Source: Sulfurovum sp. enrichment culture clone C5 (GTDB lineage: Bacteria; Campylobacterota; Campylobacteria; Campylobacterales; Sulfurovaceae). Taken from it: a DNA stretch of 64,000 nt. This document shows positions 9,409 to 18,809 of this stretch, piece after piece. A program made the translations under genes and the position numbers. Positions within the stretch are counted from its first letter, which is position 1. Each line of letters opens with the position of its first letter. The notes beneath the pieces are model-generated. The model was not told the origin of the DNA. It saw only the letters and a program-made list of their open reading frames with translations, and did not search any database. The stretch spans positions 791 to 64,790 of the forward strand of contig FAXN01000013.1 in the NCBI GenBank assembly GCA_001493195.1. The letters are read 5' to 3'.

Positions 9409-9804
9409 TCATTTATGACCGCTTTCATGCGTTTCGTCTGTATCATCTTCATATGATGGAGCAAATCTTATCTCTGGATATTCATTCTTTAGTTTTTCAT
9501 AATTCCAAATTTTATTGCCAAGCCTGTAATATCTTACATTTGTATATGCAAATCCTATATTATTTTTTTCAAGCTCTTTCATGACATCCATTGCTTTTTT
9601 AAAGGGCAGTTTATATTCATCTTTAAAAAATACTTCCGTGGCATTTTCAAAATTTGAATTTTCAGGATATACCCAATAATAGTATTTATATAGTTTGACA
9701 TTTGGATGCAAACTAGAACCGCTTATAAAAAATATTGGAGTTTGCTGATTTAAATTCCTTTCTTTTTGAAGCCAATCTTTTGTAATGGTTTCCAGGGGTC
9801 TCAT
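9409..9804 (-). CDS. hypothetical protein
   Basis: 131-aa ORF that starts 10 nt after the stop of the upstream 309-aa ORF. No family recognised. Confidence 0.5.
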   Translation of the reverse strand: MRPLETITKDWLQKERNLNQQTPIFFISGSSLHPNVKLYKYYYWVYPENSNFENATEVFFKDEYKLPFKKAMDVMKELEKNNIGFAYTNVRYYRLGNKIWNYEKLKNEYPEIRFAPSYEDDTDETHESGHK

Positions 9805-9814
9805 ATGTTATCCT

Positions 9815-10744
9815 CTATAAAATATGTGGCCATATAGAATACTCCATATCGCAATCGATCTCTATTGTTAGATTTGAAAAAGGGCATGAAGAAGAGCTCA
9901 AGATTTCTTTATTTAAATCTTTGATCTCTGCGATAAATCCGTTTTTGCTGCAATACAGTTTTGCTTTTGAATTTAATACTTTACAGTGCATTTTTTTCTT
10001 GTTTAGTATGATTTGTTGACCATTGTACCATAGTTTGCAATCAGGAAATTTATATTTTTCCGATTGATCATGTACCCATAAAAGATCACATAAGTTAGCC
10101 AATTTTAGATAGGATTTGTTCCTAAACATTGATATATATGCTGTATTTTTAGGATTTAATGCCCAATTTATAGTATGAAAATAGATTTTTCTGACTATTT
10201 GATCATTATCCAAAAACTTATCGGCGCAAGGGAAAGTAATAATGAGTTTTACATTGTTTATTCTGTAGTCATCAAATTCAGCATCTTTTGTTCTGAGTTT
10301 GTGCAAAAAAGGTCTTTTGCTTTCAAAAAAAGTAAATCTTTCAAATAATGCTTTAAATTCGGCATCTATAGATTTTTTAATATGTTTGTGAAAATACAAT
10401 AATGTATCTTTAATATAATCGTTCTCGGTTGAAATATTATGGAGCATTAGAAAGATATCTTCTTTTCCTATTGCTCGTAAAAAAGCATATTGTCTCAAAG
10501 TCTTCAAACCTGTTTTTATAATGTCGCAGTATTCTTCTTCAAAATCCTTTGAAAATACTTTTTCTTCTTTGACTTTATCTTCGGCATATTTTGAAAAGTC
10601 TTTAACAAATCTTTTAATCTTTTGAGTGTTGATGTCCTCGGATAAAATGTCTTTTATCTGAAGACAAAATCCATTTCTTTTGTTTAGATCTTTAAAGTCA
10701 ATGAACATTATATTTTCGATGTTATAACTTTCGTAATCTAGCAT
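9815..10744 (-). CDS. hypothetical protein (Cys-containing C-terminal region)
   Basis: 309-aa ORF, first gene of the cluster. The C-terminal third has scattered Cys (DCKLW...HCKVL...YCSKNG...SCPF...IDCD). No family recognised. Confidence 0.5.
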   Translation of the reverse strand: MLDYESYNIENIMFIDFKDLNKRNGFCLQIKDILSEDINTQKIKRFVKDFSKYAEDKVKEEKVFSKDFEEEYCDIIKTGLKTLRQYAFLRAIGKEDIFLMLHNISTENDYIKDTLLYFHKHIKKSIDAEFKALFERFTFFESKRPFLHKLRTKDAEFDDYRINNVKLIITFPCADKFLDNDQIVRKIYFHTINWALNPKNTAYISMFRNKSYLKLANLCDLLWVHDQSEKYKFPDCKLWYNGQQIILNKKKMHCKVLNSKAKLYCSKNGFIAEIKDLNKEILSSSSCPFSNLTIEIDCDMEYSIWPHIL

Positions 10745-10976
10745 TATCGCCCTTTTTATTTAAGATGCAAAAACAAAGGAATATTATTTGTATTGTTTTA
10801 ATAACAGAATTATTGTGAAAGAATAGGACAGCTTTGTGTCTGATAAAAAAATATTATAGATATTTTTTCATTTATTCTCCTAAAAATCAGTATCAAATAT
10901 AAGCCCAAGTACCACCATAAGTACAATTGAAAAAACATAGATTTTATATATAGTATCGTCGTCTGGCAGTTTCATT

Positions 10977-11717
10977 TTAAATTCCTATTTCGTAGATAAC
11001 TTCGGTTTTATTTTTTTTAGTTTGCAATTCAATGATTTGCAAGCCTTCTATATTTAAAGCCAAAAAGTCCTTTGTGTTTTGAATGTCATTTTTAGCACAC
11101 TCTCTAAGCACTTTGCCACGATATGCTTTTGCCCAATGGCTGACAACTTTTCCGTCTTTTAAAAATTTTAGAGTTGTATAGTTTTTGGTCGGGATATAAA
11201 ACTTATCATAATACCCTGCACGAATATCAAGTATGTCATCATCTCTTAAATATTCATCAAGCAAACTGGAGCTATATTTTTTGTATATTTCGTCCGTTTT
11301 TTTATCTCGCACATTTTCCCCTTGTTGCAATCTATAAAGTGGCAATGTATCACCTGCTAACACTGGACCAAAAAGGTTAGAGAAAATTATGACATTTTTT
11401 TCTATGTATATTTTTGCTTTTGTTTCAAGCAAATCGTATTTGAGATAATCAAATGCTATTCCAGTATAAAGCTTAATTGCCTTACAAGCAGGAGATTGAT
11501 TGTCTATCGTTTTTAAATATTGAGCTATATCATTATCTTTTTTTAACCCAAACATCTCTTTGATCTCTTCTGGATTGTTATCTTTTATAATCTCATTATA
11601 TTTTTCTAGTATATCTTTTCTTTGTGGTAAGAGATTTGCAAATAATAGACTATCTATATCAAAATTTGTATCTTTATATAATGTTTTAGTTTCACTTGGT
11701 GCTAATAATATTTTCAT
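10977..11717 (-). CDS. yaaA: YaaA (DUF328) peroxide-stress protein family
   Basis: 'MKILLAPSETK' N-terminus, 'YTGIAFDYL' and 'SHWAKAYRGKVLR' are typical YaaA motifs. The start is set at the internal ATG. Confidence 0.8.
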   Translation of the reverse strand: MKILLAPSETKTLYKDTNFDIDSLLFANLLPQRKDILEKYNEIIKDNNPEEIKEMFGLKKDNDIAQYLKTIDNQSPACKAIKLYTGIAFDYLKYDLLETKAKIYIEKNVIIFSNLFGPVLAGDTLPLYRLQQGENVRDKKTDEIYKKYSSSLLDEYLRDDDILDIRAGYYDKFYIPTKNYTTLKFLKDGKVVSHWAKAYRGKVLRECAKNDIQNTKDFLALNIEGLQIIELQTKKNKTEVIYEIGI

Positions 11718-11912
11718 AAATATCATTTTACCATTTAAAATATTTCAAAATACACTATTTATTTTTTCTTAAAATAAAAATTTAAATTATAACTTCAACT
11801 TAACACAAAATTAACAAAATGGATGTAAAGTTTTAGTTGCTAATGGAAATAGTTGTATAATGAAAGTTCTATAATTATTGCCATGATGGTAAATTTTTTC
11901 AAGGAGGATTTT

Positions 11913-13259
11913 ATGGAAATGTTGGGACTTTATCCTGTATTTTATTTTCCAAATTATGGTTCAGCGTGGCTTATGGGGCTGACGGGTACGATTCATATTA
12001 TGGCGTCTCACACATCTGTTGGTGCTGGTTTGCTGTTCGCATTTTTGGCACATAAGGCATACAAAGAAGATAGACCAGAATTGTATGATTATATGAAAAG
12101 ATATGGGATGTTTTTGCTTATCTTTTCATATGTAATAGGTTCTATTACTGGACCTGGCATATGGTACACAGCAACCGCTGCAAGTCCAAGGGGGATTAGT
12201 GCTTTGATTCACAATTTTGTGTGGGTATGGGCAACTGAGTGGGTATTCTTTATTTATGAGGTAATAGGCGTATTTGCACTTATTTATTTTATAGACAAAG
12301 TAGATCGCAAAACACATCTTAAGCTAACTTATACTTTTGCTATAGCTTCTGTTGGAACTTTGGCATTGATTATCGGTATTATAAGCTTTATGATGTGGCC
12401 TGGAAATGATGCATATTATAATACAGGAAGCGCAAGTGATGCATTCTTTGGTGTAAATACATTCCCTCATATGTTCTTAAGAATAGGATTTATGATAATG
12501 ATGTCTGGTATCATAGGTATGATTATTTCTAGTTCAATGAAAAAAGAGAATTTATCTTTATCAAAAGAGTTAACCCAAAAAATGGGGATAGTTAGCTTAC
12601 TTGGTGGATTTTTAACTTTACTTTCTTTTATGTGGTATATTATGACACTACCAGTAAATGCACATGCGATTCTTGGAATAACTTTAGATTCTATCATAAT
12701 GAATCGTATAATTCTTTCTATCCTGTTCTCTGTTTACTTTGGCATAGCTATATTTAAACCACAATGGATTAGCAGAACATTAGCTATCACAATGATGTTT
12801 GTTATAGGCATTGCTGGTGTATGGCCTGGAGAAAAACTTAGAGAATCTATGCGTAAACCGTATGTTGCTGGTCAATACATTTATAGTAATAATATTATAT
12901 CTAGAGATGTTCCAGGTAAAGGTATCAAAAATGAAGTTCCTCTTCTTGCTGCAAATGGATATCTAAAAATGGATCCATGGGTACCGACAAGACTTCGTAC
13001 TATCACTCCAGAGAATAAACTTGAAGTTGGTAAGATGTTGGTAACTAGAGCATGTTCAAATTGTCATTCATTGGAAAAATATGGTTCTTATAGACCAATG
13101 ATGGGCTTGGTTGGCAAAATAGCACAAGATGAGGCAGGGATTAAAAGTTATATTAAAAATGTAATAGGCACAGGGTCAAGTCCATATATGCCAAAAATAG
13201 CTCTTCCAGATGAAGAGTATGATGCGATGGCTGCTTGGATTGCCACGCAAGCAAAATAA
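11913..13259 (+). CDS. cytochrome bd subunit-I-like polytopic membrane protein with C-terminal mono-haem cytochrome c domain
   Basis: Strong SD 'aaggagg' precedes the ATG. Multiple TM segments. 'IHIMASHTSVGAG', 'GSITGPG', 'ATEWVFFIYEV' and 'PGEKLRESMRKPYV' align by eye to CydA H19, E99/E107 and the GRQPW region. The C-terminus carries 'CSNCH' (CXXCH). Confidence 0.55.
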   Translation: MEMLGLYPVFYFPNYGSAWLMGLTGTIHIMASHTSVGAGLLFAFLAHKAYKEDRPELYDYMKRYGMFLLIFSYVIGSITGPGIWYTATAASPRGISALIHNFVWVWATEWVFFIYEVIGVFALIYFIDKVDRKTHLKLTYTFAIASVGTLALIIGIISFMMWPGNDAYYNTGSASDAFFGVNTFPHMFLRIGFMIMMSGIIGMIISSSMKKENLSLSKELTQKMGIVSLLGGFLTLLSFMWYIMTLPVNAHAILGITLDSIIMNRIILSILFSVYFGIAIFKPQWISRTLAITMMFVIGIAGVWPGEKLRESMRKPYVAGQYIYSNNIISRDVPGKGIKNEVPLLAANGYLKMDPWVPTRLRTITPENKLEVGKMLVTRACSNCHSLEKYGSYRPMMGLVGKIAQDEAGIKSYIKNVIGTGSSPYMPKIALPDEEYDAMAAWIATQAK

Positions 13260-13272
13260 AGGAGTGAGAATA

Positions 13273-14463
13273 ATGGATGCAACTTTCATAAATTTAATGA
13301 GAGACCCTGCTGGCGTACCGTTTTTTCCGGTCGTTTTTCAAGGACTCTATATATTGACTTGGGCTCTACACGCAGCCTTTGTTTTATTGGCACTAGGCGC
13401 TTTAGGACTTTCATTGTATGGAAGCACTAAGCAAAAAACAGATAGCAATTGGAAAATTTTCAATCCGCATCTTATAATGACTGGTAAAATTAGTGTATCT
13501 ATGCTAATTTTGCTTGGAATAGCTCCACTTTTATTTACTCAAGTTATTTATGACTCTGGGTGGTATGTGGCAAATACGCTTTCTGGTGCATTTGTATTTA
13601 TTTTTGTTTATGCACTTATAGCTGGATACATGATGTATTATTGGTATTCTTCAGCAAACAAAAAAAGCAATGGTGGCACTTTAATAGGTCTTATTTCTTT
13701 TGTAATACTTGTATTTTGTGGAATTTTAATGCACAACTTTGCTGTTGAGTCGATTTCACCTGATAAATGGCAAGAGTGGTATGCACCAAATGGCGTTATT
13801 GATAATTCAGGATTGAACTTTCATATTGATATCATTAGACTTGCATTTATGGTTAGTTTAACTATTCCAGTAGTTGGAATTTTTATGCAAAACTATAGTG
13901 ACTTTTTAAGCACAAGAAAAGATTTTTCATCAGAATATCTTACATTTGTAAAAAATCTTGGTACTAAACTAGCAGTTGTTGGTTTGCTTATAAGTGCTGT
14001 ATTGTTTGTTGTTTGGATGTTGCAAGTTGGACTTCTTTTCCACCCAGTGGTATTGGCAACTATAGTTTCTGTTGTTATACTACTTTTACTAGCTATGAGA
14101 AATAAAAACAGTTATGTAACTACAGGTATACTCGTAGTTGTAGCACTATTTATTTCTGGTGTTAGAGAACTTATCAGATACAACATTATGTCAGGTCTTG
14201 GATATGATCTTTATGGTTATCCTATGAACTTAGAATGGGAAACAATTATAATGTTCTTGCTGACTTTCGTAATTCTAGGCTTTACTGGTATAGCATTTAT
14301 ACTTACTATGGCATGGAAAATAGGTAAAAGAGAAGGCGTTTTCGATGCGAGTAAAGACGTTGCAGTTACAAGACTTGCTAATGTTACATTGGCAATATTT
14401 GTAATATGGATTGTTGTTTATTTTGCTTGGGGAATGGTAGCTTTATTTAAAAACACTCTATAA
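13273..14463 (+). CDS. polytopic membrane protein, presumed partner subunit (CydB-like position and size)
   Basis: SD 'aaggag' precedes the ATG. About 10 hydrophobic segments. It starts 14 nt after the upstream stop. The assignment rests on context only. Confidence 0.4.
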   Translation: MDATFINLMRDPAGVPFFPVVFQGLYILTWALHAAFVLLALGALGLSLYGSTKQKTDSNWKIFNPHLIMTGKISVSMLILLGIAPLLFTQVIYDSGWYVANTLSGAFVFIFVYALIAGYMMYYWYSSANKKSNGGTLIGLISFVILVFCGILMHNFAVESISPDKWQEWYAPNGVIDNSGLNFHIDIIRLAFMVSLTIPVVGIFMQNYSDFLSTRKDFSSEYLTFVKNLGTKLAVVGLLISAVLFVVWMLQVGLLFHPVVLATIVSVVILLLLAMRNKNSYVTTGILVVVALFISGVRELIRYNIMSGLGYDLYGYPMNLEWETIIMFLLTFVILGFTGIAFILTMAWKIGKREGVFDASKDVAVTRLANVTLAIFVIWIVVYFAWGMVALFKNTL

Positions 14464-14469
14464 AATAAC

Positions 14470-14494
14470 AAAAGAGTCATTTTTTGGCTCTTTT
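14470..14494 (+). terminator. hairpin terminator candidate after the membrane-protein pair
   Basis: aaaagagtc-attttt-ggctctttt forms a 9-bp stem (one G-U pair) whose 3' arm ends in a T-run. Confidence 0.5.
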
Positions 14495-14533
14495 GTAAAC
14501 TACTACTAATTTATCAAAAATCTAACAAAATAC

Positions 14534-14561
14534 TTGACATTTAATTTTTTTTCTATATAAT
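14534..14561 (+). promoter_or_regulatory. consensus sigma70-type promoter for the tRNA-tuf operon
   Basis: TTGACA (14534-14539), a 16-nt T-rich spacer, then TATAAT (14556-14561), about 30 nt upstream of the first tRNA. Confidence 0.6.
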
Positions 14562-14592
14562 TATGTTCCATTTTTGAATGGCACTAAAAGGT

Positions 14593-14668
14593 GCTGGTGT
14601 AGCTCAGTTGGTAGAGCAGCTGATTTGTAATCAGCAGGTCGGGGGTTCAAGTCCCTTCACCAGCTCCA
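14593..14668 (+). tRNA. thrU: tRNA-Thr (anticodon TGT)
   Basis: Acceptor stem gctggtg/caccagc, encoded CCA, anticodon arm gctga-tt[tgt]aa-tcagc, T-loop ggttcaagtcc. Confidence 0.9.
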
Positions 14669-14717
14669 TAAAAAATAAAATTTATCAGTGTTTGACCGGT
14701 ACGACAATTAATATTAA

Positions 14718-14802
<85 letters not shown>

Positions 14803-14824
14803 CTTGTCGTAACAATTTAGAGAT

Positions 14825-14901
14825 GCGGGAATAGCTCAGTTGGCTAGAGCATCAGCCTTCCAAGCTGAGGGTCGCGGGTTCGAGTCCCGTTTCCCGCTCC
14901 A
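14825..14901 (+). tRNA. glyT: tRNA-Gly (anticodon TCC)
   Basis: Acceptor stem gcgggaa/ttcccgc plus CCA. Anticodon arm tcagc-ct[tcc]aa-gctga. Confidence 0.9.
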
Positions 14902-15036
14902 TATATCTGGGAGCTGTGAGAACTAATATTAACTTCTTCACTTTTAAGCTTTCCAATATATTATATTTTGCAAAATATAAACATCAAAGACATTTAGGTA
15001 TGACATATATCTAGCACATTGTTGTGTTAGATATAT

Positions 15037-15111
15037 GCCCAGATAGCTCAGTGGCAGAGCACTTCCTTGGTAAGGAAGAGGTCGGCGGTTCAATCCCGCT
15101 TCTGGGCTCCA
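15037..15111 (+). tRNA. thrT: tRNA-Thr (anticodon GGT)
   Basis: Acceptor stem gcccaga/tctgggc plus CCA. Anticodon arm cttcc-tt[ggt]aa-ggaag. Confidence 0.9.
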
Positions 15112-15121
15112 GATTGTACTT

Positions 15122-15161
15122 ATGGACAAAAGTATTACCAATAGGTAACAGTTTTGTCCAT
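15122..15161 (+). promoter_or_regulatory. 40-nt stem-loop between tRNA-Thr and tuf (processing or attenuation hairpin candidate)
   Basis: atggacaaaa ... ttttgtccat forms a perfect 10-bp stem that encloses an inner ttacc-aata-ggtaa hairpin. A TATAAT lies further downstream, upstream of the tuf start. Confidence 0.35.
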
Positions 15162-15233
15162 ATTATTAGTATGGGGTCTAAGTAAAATCTGATATAATAT
15201 CAGCCGTATTTTAAAATTCACTAGGAGAAAAAA

Positions 15234-16442
15234 ATGGCAAAAGAAAAATTTACACGTAATAAGCCGCACGTTAATATCGGTACAATCGGTCACGTTGACC
15301 ATGGTAAAACTACATTGACTGCTGCTATCACAGCTGTACTAGCTACTAAAAATAACTCTGCATTTATGGATTATGATCAAATTGATAACGCTCCAGAAGA
15401 GAGAGAAAGAGGTATCACAATCGCTACTTCACACGTTGAGTACGAAACTGATAATAGACACTATGCACACGTTGACTGCCCAGGGCATGCTGACTATGTT
15501 AAAAACATGATTACTGGTGCTGCTCAAATGGACGGTGCTATTCTTGTTATCGCTGCTACTGACGGACCAATGGCTCAAACTAGAGAGCATATCCTTCTTT
15601 CAAAACAAGTAGGTGTTCCATATATCGTAGTTTTCTTGAATAAAGAAGATCAACTTGATGATGAAGACAGAGAAGAGATGTTAGAACTTGTTGAAATGGA
15701 AGTAAGAGAACTTTTGAGTTATTATGATTTCCCAGGTGATGATACTCCTATCATTGCTGGTTCTGCTTATCAAGCACTTGAAGAAGCAAAAGCTGGTACT
15801 CTTGGCAAATGGGCTGATAAAATCCTTGAGCTTATGGCTGCTGTTGATGCTTATATCCCTGAGCCAACTCGTGAAACTGATAAAGATTTCTTGATGCCAA
15901 TCGAAGATATTTTCTCTATCCAAGGTAGAGGAACAGTTGTTACAGGTAAAATCGAAAGAGGTAAAGTTTGCGTTGGTGATTCTATCGAAATCGTTGGTAT
16001 CAAAGATGTTCAAACTACAACTGTAACTGGTGTTGAAATGTTTAGAAAAGAGATGGATTGTGGTGAAGCTGGTGATAACTGCGGTGTTCTAATCAGAGGT
16101 ATTGACAAAAACAATGTACAAAGAGGTATGGTTCTTTGTAAGCCAAAATCAATCACTCCACATACTAAATTTGAAGCAGAAGTTTATGTTCTAACAAAAG
16201 AAGAGGGTGGAAGACATACTCCATTCTTCAACAATTATAGACCACAATTCTATGTAAGAACAACTGACGTTACAGGTTCAGTTCAACTTCAAGAAGGTAC
16301 AGAGATGGTTATGCCTGGCGATAATGTAAAAGTTAACGTTGAATTAATTAACCCAATCGCACTTGAAGACGGTACAAGATTTGCTATCCGTGAGGGTGGT
16401 AGAACTGTTGGCGCAGGTGTTGTAACTAAAATTATTGCTTAA
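15234..16442 (+). CDS. tuf: elongation factor Tu
   Basis: '[10 protein letters not shown]', 'DCPGHADY', 'NKED'. Full-length 402 aa. Confidence 0.98.
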   Translation: MAKEKFTRNKPHVNIGTIGHVDHGKTTLTAAITAVLATKNNSAFMDYDQIDNAPEERERGITIATSHVEYETDNRHYAHVDCPGHADYVKNMITGAAQMDGAILVIAATDGPMAQTREHILLSKQVGVPYIVVFLNKEDQLDDEDREEMLELVEMEVRELLSYYDFPGDDTPIIAGSAYQALEEAKAGTLGKWADKILELMAAVDAYIPEPTRETDKDFLMPIEDIFSIQGRGTVVTGKIERGKVCVGDSIEIVGIKDVQTTTVTGVEMFRKEMDCGEAGDNCGVLIRGIDKNNVQRGMVLCKPKSITPHTKFEAEVYVLTKEEGGRHTPFFNNYRPQFYVRTTDVTGSVQLQEGTEMVMPGDNVKVNVELINPIALEDGTRFAIREGGRTVGAGVVTKIIA

Positions 16443-16498
16443 TTTATAATTTTCTGATGTGCAAACATCGGAAAATATATTAGGCTCATGGAGACATT

Positions 16499-16651
16499 AT
16501 GAGAGAAAATATACATTTGGGTTGTGAAAAGTGCACAAGAAGAAACTATCACACTACAAAAAATAAAAAAAATACAACTGAAAAACTTGCACTTAAAAAA
16601 TATTGTAAATGGTGCAAAGAACATACAGTACACAAAGAGATGAAGCTATAA
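16499..16651 (+). CDS. rpmG: 50S ribosomal protein L33
   Basis: 50-aa ORF below the track cutoff: [50 protein letters not shown] (CxxC...CxxC). It sits in the canonical tuf-rpmG-secE position. Confidence 0.85.
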   Translation: MRENIHLGCEKCTRRNYHTTKNKKNTTEKLALKKYCKWCKEHTVHKEMKL

Positions 16652-16675
16652 GCTTTACTCTTTAGTTAACATTAT

Positions 16676-16751
16676 AGGCCTATAGCTCAGTTGGTAGAGC
16701 ACTGGTCTCCAAAACCAGGTGCCGGGGGTTCGAGTCCCTCTGGGCCTGCCA
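16676..16751 (+). tRNA. trpT: tRNA-Trp (anticodon CCA)
   Basis: Acceptor stem aggccta/tgggcct plus CCA. Anticodon arm ctggt-ct[cca]aa-accag. Confidence 0.9.
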
Positions 16752-16768
16752 TATAAGGTAATTAGATT

Positions 16769-16948
16769 ATGAAAAAAATTACAACATTTGTTGCTAATGC
16801 AAAAGAGGAATTATACAAAGTTATATTCCCTACAAAAATACAAGTAAGACAAGCATTTTTTGCTGTGATGATAGTAGTTACTGCTATTGCACTGTTTTTA
16901 GCATTGGTGGACTTTATCATGTCGCTAATTGTCTCATCAGTTATATAA
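16769..16948 (+). CDS. secE: preprotein translocase subunit SecE
   Basis: 59-aa ORF MKKITTFVANAKEELYKVIFPTKIQVRQAFFAVMIVVTAIALFLALVDFIMSLIVSSVI with a single TM segment, immediately upstream of nusG. Confidence 0.85.
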   Translation: MKKITTFVANAKEELYKVIFPTKIQVRQAFFAVMIVVTAIALFLALVDFIMSLIVSSVI

Positions 16949-16959
16949 AAGGATTTTAA

Positions 16960-17490
16960 ATGGCTTTTCAATGGTATGCAATCCAAACTTATGCTGGTAG
17001 CGAACAAGCAGTTAAGCGATCAATAGAACAATTGAGTATTGATTATGGTTTACAAGAGCAAATTAAACAAGTTGTAGTTCCCACCGAGGAAGTTATCGAA
17101 GTAAAAAATGGCACTAAAAAAATTTCTGAGCGATCACTCTATCCAGGATATGCTTTTGCACATATAGATCTGGATACTAGTCTTTGGCATAAGATACAAA
17201 GTTTACCTAAAGTATCTAGATTTATCGGTGAACAAAAAACACCAACACCATTAAGCGAAGCTGATATCAATGTTATCTTGAGTAAAATGGAGAAAAAATC
17301 AGCTCCAAGACCAAAAGTTGACTTTGAAAGTGGTGAAATGGTGCGTATTGTCGATGGACCATTCGCAAACTTTACTGGCATGGTAGAAGAATATGATTTT
17401 GATCATGGAAAACTGAAACTTAATGTTTCAATTTTTGGTAGAAATACACCAGTAGAAATCTTGTATACACAAGTAGAAAAAATTATATAA
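16960..17490 (+). CDS. nusG: transcription termination/antitermination factor NusG
   Basis: 'WYAIQTYAGSE' NGN domain and the C-terminal KOW motif 'GEMVRIVDGPFANFTGMVEE'. Confidence 0.95.
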   Translation: MAFQWYAIQTYAGSEQAVKRSIEQLSIDYGLQEQIKQVVVPTEEVIEVKNGTKKISERSLYPGYAFAHIDLDTSLWHKIQSLPKVSRFIGEQKTPTPLSEADINVILSKMEKKSAPRPKVDFESGEMVRIVDGPFANFTGMVEEYDFDHGKLKLNVSIFGRNTPVEILYTQVEKII

Positions 17491-17511
17491 AATCGCTTAT
17501 AAGGAAAATAA

Positions 17512-17937
17512 ATGGCAAAAAAAATACAAACAAAATTCAAGCTGATAATAGCAGCTGGTGCAGCCAATCCATCTCCACCTGTAGGTCCTGCGTGTGGTCA
17601 AAGAGGGATTAACATAATGGAGTTTTGTAAAGCTTTTAATGAAAAAACAAAAGACAAAGCAGGATTTAGAATACCTGTAGTTGTAACTGTTTATACAGAT
17701 AAAACTTTTACATTTGAGACAAAACAACCACCAGTTACAGATTTGATTTTCAAAGCTGCTAATCTTAAAAAAGGTACAGATAATCCTCTTTTAAATAAAG
17801 TTGGTACTATAACAAAAGCTAAACTAGAAGAGATTATAGATCAAAAAATTGCTGATCTTAATACAACAGACAGAGAAATGGCAGCTAGAATTATAGCTGG
17901 TTCATGTAGAAGTATGGGTGTTGAGGTAGTAGACTAA
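17512..17937 (+). CDS. rplK: 50S ribosomal protein L11
   Basis: '[29 protein letters not shown]'. Confidence 0.97.
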   Translation: MAKKIQTKFKLIIAAGAANPSPPVGPACGQRGINIMEFCKAFNEKTKDKAGFRIPVVVTVYTDKTFTFETKQPPVTDLIFKAANLKKGTDNPLLNKVGTITKAKLEEIIDQKIADLNTTDREMAARIIAGSCRSMGVEVVD

Positions 17938-17989
17938 TCTTTACCACAGGATTTAAAAATTAGTGGGAGCAAATAAAGCGGAGAAAAAA

Positions 17990-18694
17990 ATGGCAAAAAA
18001 AGAAACAAAAAGAGCGGAAGCTTTAAAAAGTAAAATAGATAAAACAAAAATATACAATATTGAAGAGGCTGTTGAGCTTTTAGGAGATTTAAAATCTGCT
18101 AAATTCGACGAAACTGTTGAAATTGCACTAAACCTAAATGTAGACCCTAGACATGCTGATCAAATGATTAGAGGATCTGTTGTTCTTCCAAATGGTACAG
18201 GCAAAAATGTAAGAGTTGCAGTATTTGCAAAAGATGTAAAAGCCGATGAAGCGAAGGCTGCTGGTGCTGATATTGTTGGTAGTGATGATTTGATTGAACA
18301 AATCCAAGGTGGAAATATAAATTTTGACATGGTTATTTCAACGCCAGATATGATGGGTGTTTTAGGTAAAGTTGCAAGAATACTTGGGCCAAAAGGTCTT
18401 ATGCCAAACCCAAAAACAGGAACTGTAACAATGGATGTTGCAACTGCTGTTAAAAATGCAAAAAATGGTCAAGTAAACTTTAGAGTTGACAAAAAAGGTA
18501 ATATCCATGCAGGTATTGGTAAAGTTAGCTTTGATAAACAAAAAATCAAAGAAAATTTAGTAGCTTTTGTTGAAACTATCAATAAAGCTAAACCAGCTGC
18601 TGCAAAAGGAAGATATATTACTAATGCTGCTGTTTCATTAACAATGAGTCCTTCTGTAAAATTAAGTACTCAAGAATTGATGGATATAAAATAA
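17990..18694 (+). CDS. rplA: 50S ribosomal protein L1
   Basis: '[21 protein letters not shown]' and '[15 protein letters not shown]'. The start is set at the ATG after SD 'gcggag', not at the track GTG. Confidence 0.95.
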   Translation: MAKKETKRAEALKSKIDKTKIYNIEEAVELLGDLKSAKFDETVEIALNLNVDPRHADQMIRGSVVLPNGTGKNVRVAVFAKDVKADEAKAAGADIVGSDDLIEQIQGGNINFDMVISTPDMMGVLGKVARILGPKGLMPNPKTGTVTMDVATAVKNAKNGQVNFRVDKKGNIHAGIGKVSFDKQKIKENLVAFVETINKAKPAAAKGRYITNAAVSLTMSPSVKLSTQELMDIK

Positions 18695-18809
18695 AATTAC
18701 AGCTTTTGCTGTGTTTATCTTAGGTCTGAGAATATAGGGGCTAAAAGCTTAATTTCGAGGTTACTTGAACGTCGCAAGACAACCCTATATGAGGTCGAAA
18801 GGAGAGAAA
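18695..18809 (+). promoter_or_regulatory. rplJ leader (possible L10/L12 autoregulatory leader)
   Basis: 115-nt untranslated spacer upstream of rplJ. The function is assigned only by analogy with the E. coli rplJL leader. I did not fold it. Confidence 0.3.
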
